Below the pieces are notes generated by a model. That model saw only the letters and a program-made list of their open reading frames with translations, was not told the origin of the DNA and did not search any database. Below are positions 1 through 11,051 of a stretch of DNA of 64,000 bases, one piece after another (the stretch's first letter is position 1; each line of letters begins with the position of its first letter). This stretch comes from Candidatus Eiseniibacteriota bacterium (GTDB lineage: Bacteria > Eisenbacteria > RBG-16-71-46). Where the stretch lies: assembly GCA_963717505.1 (NCBI GenBank), contig OY970342.1:192001-256000 (forward strand). The letters run 5' to 3'. A program made the translations under genes and the position numbers.

Positions 1-726
1 GCGGCCTATCCTTCGAAGCTCCTGGACGTCGACGGCCGCAAAGTCGAGTGCGTGCTGGTGCAGGCGCTGCGCGACACCGGGCGCGGTCCCGGCATCCTCA
101 TGATCCACGGTCATGGGACGCACGCGCGGCACAGCATCCGGAGCGCGCGGCTGTTCGCGATTCGCGGCTACTCGGTGATGCTGGTGAGCATGCCGGGATA
201 CGGCCAGTCGACCGGCCCCGCCGACTTCATGGGCCCGGCCACAGTGGCCGCAGCGGAGGCCGCGCTCGTTGAGTTCCGAAACTCGAGCAGCGTCGATCCC
301 AAGCGCATCGTGGTCTGGGGGATCTCGCGGGGCGCCACCGTCGCCGCCGAGATGGCCGAGCGGGGCGGTGGCTTGCGCGGAGCAATCCTCCAATCCGGGA
401 TCTACGACCTGTGGGCGACCTATCGCGCAACCAAGCTCCCGGGATTCCGCGAGGCGATCGTGGCCGAGGCCGGCGCCGACAGCGCCGCGTGGCGCGCTCG
501 CTCACCCTTGCTACGGGCCAATCAGTTGAAGATGCCCATGCTGGTCCTCCACGGCGAGCGCGACGAAAACGTCCCGATTGCCCAGGCCCGCGCCATGGCC
601 AGCGCCGTGCGCGCGGCCGGCGCCCCGGTCGATACCGTGTTCGCGCCCAAGTCCGCCCACGCCCTGGCCATCAACGACGTGAACCGGGCTGCGTTCGACT
701 TCTTCGGTCGCGCTCTGGCGCCCTAG
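1..726 (+). CDS. Alpha/beta hydrolase (S9 prolyl-oligopeptidase-like), 5' partial
   Basis: Frame is open from base 1. Motifs: IHGHG, nucleophile elbow WGISRG, LHGERDENVP (Asp) and a C-terminal His (SAHAL). Confidence 0.8.
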   Translation, partial: AAYPSKLLDVDGRKVECVLVQALRDTGRGPGILMIHGHGTHARHSIRSARLFAIRGYSVMLVSMPGYGQSTGPADFMGPATVAAAEAALVEFRNSSSVDPKRIVVWGISRGATVAAEMAERGGGLRGAILQSGIYDLWATYRATKLPGFREAIVAEAGADSAAWRARSPLLRANQLKMPMLVLHGERDENVPIAQARAMASAVRAAGAPVDTVFAPKSAHALAINDVNRAAFDFFGRALAP

Positions 727-905
727 GGGAACCCGTGCAGAATGCCGCGACCGTCGCTGGGTCGCGGGGCGCCAGACCTCGACCACAGGCATCCTGGCCT
801 GTCCGGGGTCGGCCTACGTGATAGACTTTCCCGGCGATGCACCCCCAGATTTCGCACCTCAGCCGATCGCGCCCCCTCCCTTCAGGCACCCGATCCCGGA
901 ACCGC

Positions 906-3431
906 ATGCGCCTCAACTGGCTGGCGCGGGCCGCGACATTCGCCTGTGCGGTGTCGGCGCTCACCCTTTCCGCGGGATTGCTCGGGGTTGCTTGGGCTCA
1001 ACCCCCCGCGCTGGTCGAAGTCGACCTCGCGACCGACCACACGCTGCGAGACCTGTTGCGCGCCGGGCTCGATGTCATCGACCTTCACGATGGCACCGCG
1101 CGCATCCTGGCTCGTCCGCACGATCAAGAGCGGTTGGCGAGCATGGGGCTGACCCCTCGCGTCCTCGATCACGAGCCAGGTCGCACGCTCGCAGCTCGCA
1201 CGCGCGCCGAGCTGGCGGCGCGACCGGCGGCGAAGCCGGCACCTGTACGCGCTGCGGTCGAGCCCGACGGCAAGTTCCGAACGCACCTGCTGCCGCCCTT
1301 CGGCTCCGGTTCCATGGGCGGGTACTGGACCACGGCCGAGATCAAGATGAAGCTCGATTCGCTGGTCTCGACCGATACGCAAGACCTGGTCGCGGGCAAA
1401 GTCGACACCCTCGGCTATTCGCGGCAGAACCGTCCGGTCTGGGGGCTCAAGATCGCCAAGGCGGTCGGCGGCACCGACACGCGCCCGGTCGTGTTCCTGA
1501 ACGCACTGACCCACGCGCGCGAGCCCGAGAGCATGCAGGCGATCTTCTATTTCATCGACCACCTGATCTCGAACTATGGCGCCGATCCGTTCGCCACCCA
1601 CCTGCTAAACAACCGCGTGCTCTACATCGTGCCGCTGGTCAACCCCGACGGTTACGCGGTCAACGAGACCACCTACACGCACAGCGGCGGCACGGCGTTC
1701 GGCTTCTGGCGCAAGAACGTGCGCGACAACAACGGTGGCGGCTGGGACGAGCTGAACGACGGTGTCGATATCAACCGCAACTTCGGCTACAACTGGGGCT
1801 TCGACGACGAGGGTTCGAGTTCGGAGCGCATCTCCGACGCCTATCGCGGCCCCTCGGCGTTCTCCGAGCCCGAGACGCGAGTTCAGCGCGACATCGTGGT
1901 GGCGCTCGACCCGGTTACCAGTTTCTCCGTGCACACGTTCATGGATCTCTTCCTCCATTCCTGGGAGTACGACGACGTCCCCGCTCCCGACGCGGCGGCG
2001 CTCGCGGAGTGGACGGACGAGATGACACGCAAGAACGCGTATCTGGGCGGGCGCGCCGAACGCATCCTCTATCCGGTCAACGGTGGCTTCAACGACTGGG
2101 CCTATGGCGACGTGGCGCTCAAGCCGCGCTGCTTCTCGTTCACCCCCGAGATCGGAAGCGCCAACGACGGCTTCTGGCCGCCACCGTCACGCATCGTGCC
2201 CCTGGCCGAGGAGATGCTCGAACCGTTCTACTACATCACCGCCATCGCCGGCCCCCACATGCAGACCGACGGCATCGAGCTGGTCGAGGGCGCGATGAAC
2301 GCCGGACGGCTCACGAATCTCAGAGTTCGCGGCCGCAACGTGGCCGCCCAGGGCACCCCCGGCCCGGTCGTGTATGGCGCGCTGATTGCGCTCGATGCCG
2401 GCGCCAACGTACTGAACGGCAACGTCAACTATCCGCCGTTGGCGCCGCGCACCAGCGCTCATTCGTTCTCACCGTTCCAGGTCGCTCTCGACGACACCGT
2501 GACCCCGGGACGGCTCATGCGCTTCGCGATTCACTTCACCGCCGAGAACATGGTCAGTCGCGACACGATCGTGGTGCCGGCGGGCACGCCCACGATCCTC
2601 TACGCCGACGGGGCTTCGACCGGGCTCGGCAACTGGACCGTCGTCCCCACGGGCACCTGGGGCATCGTTGCCAACGACCCGGCGCATCCCAGTGCCTACT
2701 TCGAGGAGAGCCCGGCCGGCGAATACACACCGAGCGCCAACAGCCGCCTGACGCTGACCCCGGCCCTGAACCTGGGCGTCGTGGTGCACGCCTACGCGTT
2801 CTACGACGCGGTCTGGGAGTTCGAGGAGAACCAGGACTTCGGCGTGATCGAGGCCAGCACCGACGGCCTCACGTTCAACGCGGTTCCGGCCACGGGGACG
2901 ACGCCCGGCAGCGGCCTTGGTTTCCAGACGCTGGGCTTACCGGTTTACGCGGGTTCGCGCCGCACCTGGCAGCCCGAGATCGCGGACCTCTCGGCGTACA
3001 CGGGCGCTGGCAAGACCGCAGTCCGCCTGCGCTACCGAGTGCGCAGCAACACCGATACGAATTTCGACGGTCTGGCGTTCGACTCGCTGCGCATCGCGAT
3101 TTACGACCCGGCGAGCCAGCCGGGCCCGACGGCGGTCGGCGATGGCCCGATACCGGCGGCGCTCGAGCTGTCGGCGGCACGGCCCAATCCGGCGCACGGG
3201 CTGACCACCTTCGAGTTGGCGTTGCCGCAGGCGGCGTCGGTGCGGCTCGAGATCCTCGACCTGCAGGGCCGCCGCGTGCGCACGCTGGTGAACGATCGGC
3301 TGTCGGCTGGCCGCTTCGTCAAGGGCTGGGACCTGACGCGCGACGATGGACAGGTCGTGGCGCCAGGTGTGTACCTCGCGCGGCTCTACGGGCCCGCGGG
3401 CGCGGTCACGCGCCGCGTCGTTGTGTTCTAG
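906..3431 (+). CDS. Secreted M14 zinc carboxypeptidase (carboxypeptidase T-like) with a beta-sandwich domain and a C-terminal FlgD-Ig/T9SS-like domain
   Basis: Signal peptide from ATG 906 (..LLGVAWA). M14 motifs THAREP, NPDG, DINRNF, SVHTF, TPEIG. C-terminus RPNP..GRRVRTL..WD..PGVY. Confidence 0.9.
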   Translation: MRLNWLARAATFACAVSALTLSAGLLGVAWAQPPALVEVDLATDHTLRDLLRAGLDVIDLHDGTARILARPHDQERLASMGLTPRVLDHEPGRTLAARTRAELAARPAAKPAPVRAAVEPDGKFRTHLLPPFGSGSMGGYWTTAEIKMKLDSLVSTDTQDLVAGKVDTLGYSRQNRPVWGLKIAKAVGGTDTRPVVFLNALTHAREPESMQAIFYFIDHLISNYGADPFATHLLNNRVLYIVPLVNPDGYAVNETTYTHSGGTAFGFWRKNVRDNNGGGWDELNDGVDINRNFGYNWGFDDEGSSSERISDAYRGPSAFSEPETRVQRDIVVALDPVTSFSVHTFMDLFLHSWEYDDVPAPDAAALAEWTDEMTRKNAYLGGRAERILYPVNGGFNDWAYGDVALKPRCFSFTPEIGSANDGFWPPPSRIVPLAEEMLEPFYYITAIAGPHMQTDGIELVEGAMNAGRLTNLRVRGRNVAAQGTPGPVVYGALIALDAGANVLNGNVNYPPLAPRTSAHSFSPFQVALDDTVTPGRLMRFAIHFTAENMVSRDTIVVPAGTPTILYADGASTGLGNWTVVPTGTWGIVANDPAHPSAYFEESPAGEYTPSANSRLTLTPALNLGVVVHAYAFYDAVWEFEENQDFGVIEASTDGLTFNAVPATGTTPGSGLGFQTLGLPVYAGSRRTWQPEIADLSAYTGAGKTAVRLRYRVRSNTDTNFDGLAFDSLRIAIYDPASQPGPTAVGDGPIPAALELSAARPNPAHGLTTFELALPQAASVRLEILDLQGRRVRTLVNDRLSAGRFVKGWDLTRDDGQVVAPGVYLARLYGPAGAVTRRVVVF

Positions 3432-3440
3432 ACCTTCGGC

Positions 3441-5726
3441 CTAGTTCCCGCGCACACGCGCGGACACCGGAGCGGCCGCCGGCGACTCCGGCGTCATCCC
3501 CCAAAGCTGCTGGAGCACGAAGTCGACCACCGGGCGCATCTGTGAGTACCGGATGTCCCAGAGTCCGAACCCTGAGAACGTCACCGGTCCGCTCTCCGAA
3601 CCGTGGTAGTGGGTCATCACGATATAGTTCGGCGGCAGCGGATCGGGATCCAGCAACGTGGGGGAACCCGTTGCGCGGTAGAGCGTGTCGAGCACCGACG
3701 TCGATTTGCCACCGATGTCTTCAAGTATTTGGTTGTCCGCGCGCAAGTACTCGATGCTGGCGACCGCGGAGTACGGACGTGGGGGCGGCCACGGGTCGGT
3801 GGCAACCGTACGCAGTTGCAGAAGCGACGGTAGGACTGCGTACCGTGGATCGGCTTCGTTCCGTCCAAGAGACCGGGGGAACGTCACAAGAGGCTTGGCG
3901 ATCGTGAACTCGGACCGCCAGTGCGCGAACTCCCACATGAAGCGCCCCGGAACCAACTCGTTCCGGCCCGAAATGCTGGAGTAGGTCTTTGTGGGGAAGT
4001 CGTTGTTCCGGTCGTTGTAGGGATCGGTCGACGCGTAGCCAGCGCCGCCGCCCGCGATCCACACCGAGCCACCCTGCTCGATGAAGGCCGCGAGAGAATT
4101 GTATCGCCCCTGTCCGCTGACCAGACGTAAGAGAGTAGTCGGGTCCACGGGATCCGTCGGGGGTTTCGGGTTCCCCGCGCCTGCCAGATCGATCAGCCAG
4201 ATCACCCTGCGATACTGGGAGAGCACCGAGTACGGGATGCCACGCGCATCCAGGCCGCGCGTCCCCAGCGTGTCGAATCGATACCCGGCAAACAGTCCCG
4301 GCGGGCTGAGCGTGCCCGCGGGCTTGCATCTCCAGGGAACGCCGCCTCGAGCGTACAAGGCGGTATCCAGTTCGGAAGCCATGGGCCACGGCCCTGACGG
4401 CAGCAGCGGGCAGGATTGTCCCGCGGCAAACGCGTCACCGCGGAACCGAGTGTCGTCCACGATCAACAGCTCACGACGGTCCGGCAGAGGTACTGCCGGG
4501 ACGACGACGATTTCGACCTGCGCCAGAGAGATGTTCCCGAGGTTGTCCCCGGCCTCGATGTAGAAGTTGTGCCTTCCCCGCTTGAGCGACCCGGTGACGA
4601 ACGGGCCCACCGTCGCCGAGGTGACCCCGAGATTCCACTCACTCCAATGCTGGAAATCGTCCGGCCCCGAGCGGGGTGTCTCGTCGAAGATGTCCTCGAT
4701 GTCCAGAGCCCACCGGTATCCCGTGACGTTCGTGCCCAACGACGGAATCGCATACCAGTTGAACGTGACCGGCGTCTCGGCGGGTGTCTCCAGCGGGATC
4801 GCGTAGCCCAGTTCAACACCGGGGAGCACGTACTCGTAGTTGAAGGACTCGTTGAACACGCCCATTCGCGGCCCGACTTGCACCTCGCCAAACCCAACGC
4901 GGATGCGAGTCATGTTCGTGGTGAAACTGAAGACGGGACTGTAGTCGCCGGCTTCGTCGAACGCGATGACGCAGAACACATAGAAGTCACCAGGGATCAA
5001 GTTCGTGAAGCGGGTGGTGTCCGCGGCGGTGGAGTCCCAGCCCGCCCACGGACCCAGCGGGTGGTTCGCGTAGTAAGTACGCAGTGAGTCGGGGTTGCTG
5101 ACGGCAAGCCAATGTGGGAACTCGCTGGATGAACTCAGCAATATGTACTTGTACTCAACGGGCTCCTGTGTGTAGACGCCGTCCGGGTCGGAACCATCCC
5201 ATCGGAACGTCACTGTCGATGAAACCAGGAACGGGAACGAACTCGGTGGTGGACTGGTCAGCATGATTTCGGGCGGAATGTTGTCGCCGTAGAAACCCGA
5301 CGCGCCGTATCGGCGACCTGGCGCCCAGGTCGTCCACCGAGCGTACGGACAGGAACCGCAGCGTTCGCGTCCCGGTGGCATCCGGCGGTAGGGATCTCAA
5401 ATCGATCGTCCGTTCGCGCTCGTTCGTCTCGCGTCCAAGACTTCCCTGCCTAGCGCGGCCTCCGACTCCAGCGACCACTCGAAGTGGGTGACCTTGCCGT
5501 CGGCATCCTCGCCACGCCACGCGACTCGCAGGAGGCGCGCGCCCTTGCTTCCGCTCGCGCGTAGCGGCTCCAGTTCCAGCGTCGGCTCCTGATTCGCTCG
5601 CAAGAGGGTCGCCGGCGAACGATCGCAACCGGTGAGCCCGACCAGCAGGGCGCCGACCATCGTCCCGGCGGCAGTCAGCAGGTGAAGCCTCAACCCGGTC
5701 CGAATCCTACTTGTGCGCTCAGTCAT
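3441..5726 (-). CDS. Large lipoprotein with repeated FN3/Ig-like 'W.G.D.DG' modules; split by two frameshifts (~5440, ~5295)
   Basis: Lipobox LTGC in ORF 5397-5726. Reading continues via ..VRSVDDLGARSP.. (ORF 5155-5628 frame) into GDNIPPEI..FRWDGSDPDG of ORF 3441-5381. Start overlaps the upstream stop (ATGACTGA). Confidence 0.7.
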
Positions 5727-6441
5727 GGTAGCGACTCCTCAGCTGACCCCAGCTGGCGCGTGCGATCGGCACCACGCCACAGCCGGTGGTCCCGACGTAC
5801 ATCGACGGACGCCCCGGGAACAGCAGCTCGCACAGGTCGTCCTCGTGCTCCGGATAGTGGTTGTACGCCGCGCACGGCTCGCAGTCGCCCGAGGTCACGA
5901 GCCGCGGGCGCTGCGCCACGCCCGCGCACTCGGCGGGCAACTCATGGAACTCGACCCGCAGAAACGCCTCGCCAACGAACGCGCACTCCGGAAGGGGTGC
6001 ACGAAACTCGATCCCTCCCGTGCGCGAACCGGAGAGATCGGCTTCTACGGGTTCGCACAGCACGTTCGCGGGATCCGGGACCCGACAGCCCTCGCCCATG
6101 GCCGCGACGATCGAGACGGTCACGCTGGGCGTGCACGGGGTTTGAAACTCCAGCACGATCGCGGCGTCGACGACGTTGGCCGGTGCCCCCGGACCGCAGA
6201 CCTCACAATCCTCGGAGCGCAGCAGCGTGTAGTAGACGTCGCCGGGCGGTTCGAGGTAGTTGACGGTCCACATCCGCTCCGATTCCCCCAGCCCGCAATC
6301 GTTCTCTGCGAGCCCGAGGGTCGGAACTTCGTGGGCGGCGGTGGAAGGCAGTGGCTGCGGTTCGGGGGGTGGTTTCTTCGCAGTACCGGTGGCCGGGGAG
6401 GCCACGAACAGCATGAAGCACAACAAAAAGTGGGTTCGCAT
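5719..6441 (-). CDS. Secreted Cys-rich hypothetical protein with C-terminal SWGQLRSRY tail
   Basis: SD AAGGAG, signal peptide, many Cys, ends VPIARASWGQLRSRYHD. Confidence 0.8.
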   Translation of the reverse strand: MRTHFLLCFMLFVASPATGTAKKPPPEPQPLPSTAAHEVPTLGLAENDCGLGESERMWTVNYLEPPGDVYYTLLRSEDCEVCGPGAPANVVDAAIVLEFQTPCTPSVTVSIVAAMGEGCRVPDPANVLCEPVEADLSGSRTGGIEFRAPLPECAFVGEAFLRVEFHELPAECAGVAQRPRLVTSGDCEPCAAYNHYPEHEDDLCELLFPGRPSMYVGTTGCGVVPIARASWGQLRSRYHD

Positions 6442-6539
6442 TTGCGGTCTCCTTACGAACCCGGTCCAACCGAACTATGCACAGGCGGCGGAGTGATCGC
6501 AACAGGAATATACTTGCCTGCGGTCCGCCTGGGAGAACC

Positions 6540-8087
6540 ATGACCAACACAGTGGCCTGCAGGATATTCACCGCGATCGCTGCATTGGCGATCGCCCTGG
6601 CCCTGGTGGCACCGGCCTCGGCCCAGCCGAGCGAGCGACGGTCCGCTTCGGAGCCCGACCCGCTCATCCCGATGATCCGCCGCACCGACCGTTACCTCCA
6701 GCGCCACGAGGTCGACGGCGTCGTCATGGACTGGCGCGTCGTGATCAACGCCTCCGAAGCCGCTCGGCTCTCAGTCGTTCCCCAACTCCTGGCCTATACC
6801 GAGCTCTACCGCGTCCGACCCTCGCGCCGGATCCGGCGCGACATCCGCGATCGTGCCGACTACCTGCTCGCGAACTACGATCTGCTCTATTCCGCGAGCG
6901 TGTTCAACGGCATGCTCGGCTATGCGTTCTTCGAGGCCTACGAGGCGACCGGCGACGAACGTTATTTGACGCAGGCGCTCGCGGTCATTGCCCAGCTCGA
7001 GGCGATCCCGCGCTCCCAGTACGTCCTGAATGGCGGGCTGATGGCGGCGATGGCGTTCGCCAAGCACCACGCGCTGACCGGCGACCCGGAGTCCCTGGAC
7101 CTGGCCGGCGTCGTACTGGCCTCGCTGCCGCCCTATCAACACGCGGACGGTTGCTTTCCGCACTGGTGCTTCGGCTCGAAGGACGTCCACTACACCGACT
7201 GGATGTCGACCGAGCTGATCTTGATCGACCGCTTGATCGATCACCCGCTGATCGACCCGATGCTCGATCAGATCGTGGGCTTCATGGAGCAGCGCGTCGG
7301 CACCGACGGGAACACCAGCTACGAAGCGCCGTGCGACGACTACGAGGGCTGCGTCCAGTACTACTACAGCATCGCCACTGGCTGTGACATCGACGTCGAT
7401 TCGCGGGCGTTCACCAACGAGCTGGGCTACAGCGCGCTGCTGTTCGACCGCGCGGGCTCGGAGCGCTTCCTGCCGGTCATGCGCTTCCTGGCCGCGCACG
7501 AGCGAGGCGGCACTTGGCGCGACAAGTGGGACCTGTGGCCGCCACCCGAGGACCCCTACTACGTCTGGACCGCGGCCGAGACCTCGGTGGTGAACACCAG
7601 CCTTATCTTCTGGTCGCTGGCCAGCACGCTGAGCGGTCGGCGCGACGACCCTTCCGCGATTGCCGATTGGGATCCCGACGATCCCGGCTTCGGGGCTGAC
7701 GACCCGGACTCGATCGTCATCGCACTCCGCCCGGGGGGTTCGGCGCCGTACGAGCCGTCTGCTCCCACTCCGCGTCCCTCGGCGGGCACCCCCACGGGAA
7801 CCGATGCCCAGGGACTGCGCATCGAGTCGGTGGCGCCGAACCCGGTGCGAACCGTATGCACGATCCGACTCAGCCTTCCGGCCGCGAGTGCGACCTCAGT
7901 GGTGCTCTACGACGCCGGCGGACGGCAGATTCGGCGAGTCCGCGACGGCATTCTGCCGCCGGGAATTCATCTCATCTCCTGGGACGGGCGCGACGACGAA
8001 GGCCGCCTATGCGACAGCGGCGTCTATTTCGTGCGCGTCACCGCCGGCGACAACTCCGACGCCGAGCGTTTCCTGGTCGTGCGTTGA
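6540..8087 (+). CDS. Secreted protein, probable alpha/alpha-barrel domain plus C-terminal FlgD-Ig domain
   Basis: GGGAG before ATG 6540, signal peptide ..APASA, helical AYEATGDERYL motif, Pro-rich linker, APNP..WDGRDDEGR..SGVYF. Confidence 0.75.
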   Translation: MTNTVACRIFTAIAALAIALALVAPASAQPSERRSASEPDPLIPMIRRTDRYLQRHEVDGVVMDWRVVINASEAARLSVVPQLLAYTELYRVRPSRRIRRDIRDRADYLLANYDLLYSASVFNGMLGYAFFEAYEATGDERYLTQALAVIAQLEAIPRSQYVLNGGLMAAMAFAKHHALTGDPESLDLAGVVLASLPPYQHADGCFPHWCFGSKDVHYTDWMSTELILIDRLIDHPLIDPMLDQIVGFMEQRVGTDGNTSYEAPCDDYEGCVQYYYSIATGCDIDVDSRAFTNELGYSALLFDRAGSERFLPVMRFLAAHERGGTWRDKWDLWPPPEDPYYVWTAAETSVVNTSLIFWSLASTLSGRRDDPSAIADWDPDDPGFGADDPDSIVIALRPGGSAPYEPSAPTPRPSAGTPTGTDAQGLRIESVAPNPVRTVCTIRLSLPAASATSVVLYDAGGRQIRRVRDGILPPGIHLISWDGRDDEGRLCDSGVYFVRVTAGDNSDAERFLVVR

Positions 8088-8118
8088 GCGGACGCCGGCC
8101 CCGGTCCGCTCTCCACGC

Positions 8119-9531
8119 CTAGTCCCCGGCCGTCGCAGCCACGCTCGTCCCGACAGTCCCAGGCCCTCCGGCCACCGGCTGGAACTTCTGGTTCGGCTTC
8201 CCTTCCTCCCACGGACGGTACTCGAGCGCGTAGCGAACCCGCTCGATGAGCGGCGGGTGCGAGTAGCGGAACCACTTGATGACGAGCGGCGGTTCGGGAT
8301 TGGACTTGTTCTGCAGGCCGAGTTTCATGAACGCCCGAGCGCCGGCGTCGTTCATGTGGGTGACTTCGAGGGCGAAGGTGTCGGACTCGTGCTCGATGAA
8401 CCGCGAATAACTGCTGCTCAGCGGCTGGGCCAGCAGCCCGACCAGGCTCAGGGCGATCCCGAACAGGGGGATCGACGCCAGGTCGTGGAGTTCCGTGAAT
8501 CCCCAGCTCCCGCCGAATCGGCGAACGGCCCAGGTCATGAACACACCCGCGCCGAAGAACAACCCGAACGCCAGAATCGAGAAGAAGCCGATCCCCTTCC
8601 AGATGTGCCCGAGCCGGTAGTGGCCCATTTCGTGGCCCATGACGAACAGGATCTCGTCGGGCTCCATGCCCTCGAGGATCGTGTCCCACAGGACGATCCG
8701 CTGCGAGGCCCCCCAGCCGCTGACGTAGGCGTTGTACTTCTTGGTCTGCTTGCTCTTGTCGACTTCGTAGACGTTGCGTCCGGGGATGCCGGCCCGCCCG
8801 GCAAGGTCGAGGATCTGCTGCTTCAGCTCCTGGTTCTTGAGGGGCACGAACTTGTTGAACATCGGGTCGATGACCAGGGGCGTGAGCAGCGAGAAGATGA
8901 TGACGACCGGCACCGAGCCGATCGCCAGGTGGATCCACCACCGACGCGGGGACTTGCGGATCGCAAAGTAGGCGAGAGCCACGAGCCCGGTGCCGCCGAA
9001 CACGGCGATCCCGATGGCCAGGCCCTTGAGCTCGTCGCCAATCCAGGCTCCGAAGGACTGGTTCGAGAGGGCGTACTGGTGCTCGACCGCGAATCCCGAG
9101 TACCACGACAGAGGGAACGAAAGAACGAACGCGATCAGGCTGTAGAGGGTGAGGTAGATCAGGCCCCGCCCGTACAGGTTGGGCGCATGGCGGTGCGCGA
9201 AGTCCCGGATCCGGGCCGAGAGCCGGGTGAACAGGAACAAGAGGCCGACCAGGATCCCGTAGAGAGTCCCGCCTACGTCGAGGACGACCTGGGTGGTCCA
9301 GTAGTTACGGGCCTCCGGGGTGTAGTTGGCCCGAACTTCGGTCAGGTAGTCGCGCGTCGAGGATTCGGACGGCGCCGCCGCGGCCGAATCGGCCATCGTG
9401 GTCGAGACCTGGGCCGGGTCCCCCCCTCCCGAAGCGGGGTTCTGCGCGATCGCGAAAGATGCCGAACTGATCAGTGCAAGCGCTGCGACGATCACGAGTC
9501 TGATCGCACGAGTTGCGGGCTCACGTCTCAT
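8119..9531 (-). CDS. M48 family (Ste24/HtpX-like) membrane zinc protease
   Basis: Multiple TM segments, NAYVSG, HEMGH, EHESD, SHPP. Confidence 0.92.
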   Translation of the reverse strand: MRREPATRAIRLVIVAALALISSASFAIAQNPASGGGDPAQVSTTMADSAAAAPSESSTRDYLTEVRANYTPEARNYWTTQVVLDVGGTLYGILVGLLFLFTRLSARIRDFAHRHAPNLYGRGLIYLTLYSLIAFVLSFPLSWYSGFAVEHQYALSNQSFGAWIGDELKGLAIGIAVFGGTGLVALAYFAIRKSPRRWWIHLAIGSVPVVIIFSLLTPLVIDPMFNKFVPLKNQELKQQILDLAGRAGIPGRNVYEVDKSKQTKKYNAYVSGWGASQRIVLWDTILEGMEPDEILFVMGHEMGHYRLGHIWKGIGFFSILAFGLFFGAGVFMTWAVRRFGGSWGFTELHDLASIPLFGIALSLVGLLAQPLSSSYSRFIEHESDTFALEVTHMNDAGARAFMKLGLQNKSNPEPPLVIKWFRYSHPPLIERVRYALEYRPWEEGKPNQKFQPVAGGPGTVGTSVAATAGD

Positions 9532-9919
9532 CGTGGGGGTCTCCGAGATCCGTGTTCGGTTGGCCGAAAGATCGGATTCCTATTTCGAACCACACTCGAA
9601 AGAAATTTTCGAACTACCGGACCCGGAGACCGTAGTCGGAGGAAGCCGGGTGCACAAGGGTCCTCCGCGGACGAAGGAAAAGAAACGTCGCAAGCAAAAA
9701 AGCTGCACGGCGAAGCAAGACCTTGGGGTAAAGTCGTTGCGGCGCGAACGTCACGGACGGGAAACCCGGGACGGGAATGCCAATCAACGGCCCACGCCGT
9801 TACAGCGATCGGATCCGTCGTATTGAGGCCCGGCCAGCCTGTGCCGCAATCGGGCCTGCCGGCGTCCGATCCCCCGACGAGGCTATGCTTGGCAGGGCGT
9901 AGTGGTCGGGTTCGAAAGT

Positions 9920-9951
9920 GAAAAGACGCGGTCCCGAGACCGCGTCTTTTC
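9920..9951. terminator. Intrinsic terminator, potentially bidirectional, downstream of the 9991-10710 gene
   Basis: GAAAA-GACGCGGTC-ccga-GACCGCGTC-TTTTC: perfect stem with T-tracts on both strands. Confidence 0.8.
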
Positions 9952-9990
9952 CTTTTCCCCGGAACCCCACCGCAGTCGAGGCTGCGCGAA

Positions 9991-10710
9991 CTACTCGGCG
10001 GCGACGATGCGCCGCGTATGAATGGTGGGCCCGATTCGCGCCCGCAACAGGTAGACGCCGCGTTCGAGGCGACGTCCCACGTCGTCGCGGAAGTTCCAGA
10101 TGTAGTTCTGGACTCCGCCGGCGATCTGGCCGTCCTCGAGAATTCGAACGCGTCGGCCGGTCACATCGAAGATCTCGATCTGGACGTCGTCCTCGTAGGC
10201 CATCTTGAGCGTGAACTGGGTCGAGCCGCGCGCGGGATTGGGCCACACCTGCGACAACTCGACCGGAGGCCCGAGCGACTGGACCGAGGTCGTGCCGCCA
10301 TCCCAATAGGCGATGTTGGAGATCGCAGACCAGTTCGGTCTCTCATCGCTGGTCTTGACCGCGAAATAGTAGCCCACCCCCGATTCCAGGCCGTTCACCA
10401 ACACCTGCATCATCGAACCAGGCAGGCCGGGGCTGAGAAGGAAGTTCACCTTTGTGGCGTTGATGAAATTGGACTGCGTGATCGGGTTGCGGGAGTAGCG
10501 GAGGTCGAATTTCGATGCGGTGCCGACGTGACCGTCGTCGCCCGGAGTGGTCCACATCACGAGGACGCCGGCGGCATTCGGTTCGTTGGTGTTGCTCGAG
10601 GGTTGGGTGGGGTTACTCGAGAGGTTCGTGACGTTGTTCGAAGGATCGCTGGCCCAGGCCACCGCCGGGACTGCGAGTCCCAGCAGCAGGATGAATTGGC
10701 AAGAACGCAT
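9991..10710 (-). CDS. Secreted FN3-domain protein with C-terminal FlgD-Ig domain
   Basis: SD GGGAGG, signal peptide ..PAVAWA, FN3-like WTTPGDDG..YYFAVKT..WSAISN, WPNP..GRRVRIL..GVY. Confidence 0.8.
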   Translation of the reverse strand: MRSCQFILLLGLAVPAVAWASDPSNNVTNLSSNPTQPSSNTNEPNAAGVLVMWTTPGDDGHVGTASKFDLRYSRNPITQSNFINATKVNFLLSPGLPGSMMQVLVNGLESGVGYYFAVKTSDERPNWSAISNIAYWDGGTTSVQSLGPPVELSQVWPNPARGSTQFTLKMAYEDDVQIEIFDVTGRRVRILEDGQIAGGVQNYIWNFRDDVGRRLERGVYLLRARIGPTIHTRRIVAAE

Positions 10711-11051
10711 GACGCCTCCCATTGCCTTGGGGCAATCGGCCGGGTTCCCCGGAAGTATTCGGATTTGAGGCGTCGGAGCGGCAAACGCATCCTGCGTAAT
10801 ATCGCCTCGACGCAACTGCACGCTCGGGCGTGCAGCAACGCGGGCCGTTGCCGCGAATGGAAAGCGGGGGACAGGATCCTTCCTTGCGCGGGCGGGTCCG
10901 CGGTGCCATCGGTTCTTCGAAGGCAACGCAGGTATACACAACGGGCCCGCACCTGTCGAAGATTTTTTCAGTGTTTCTGTTCCGTGCCTGTGAAGTGTTT
11001 AGAAACATTCGACCTGGATGGCCATTGTTTAGCCTTCGGGTTACATCGTGC

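Noticed and set aside
818-3907. 1029-aa ORF and other long Arg/Pro/Ala-rich ORFs (e.g. 7660-9921, 41511-43535, 60174-62417)
   Set aside because: Alternative-frame shadows of real genes in high-GC DNA; no recognisable motifs.
6450-6475. GTTCG..CGTAAGG on the minus strand upstream of gene 6441 as a fourth regulon promoter
   Set aside because: The spacer is 13 nt rather than 16, and the second half overlaps the Shine-Dalgarno.
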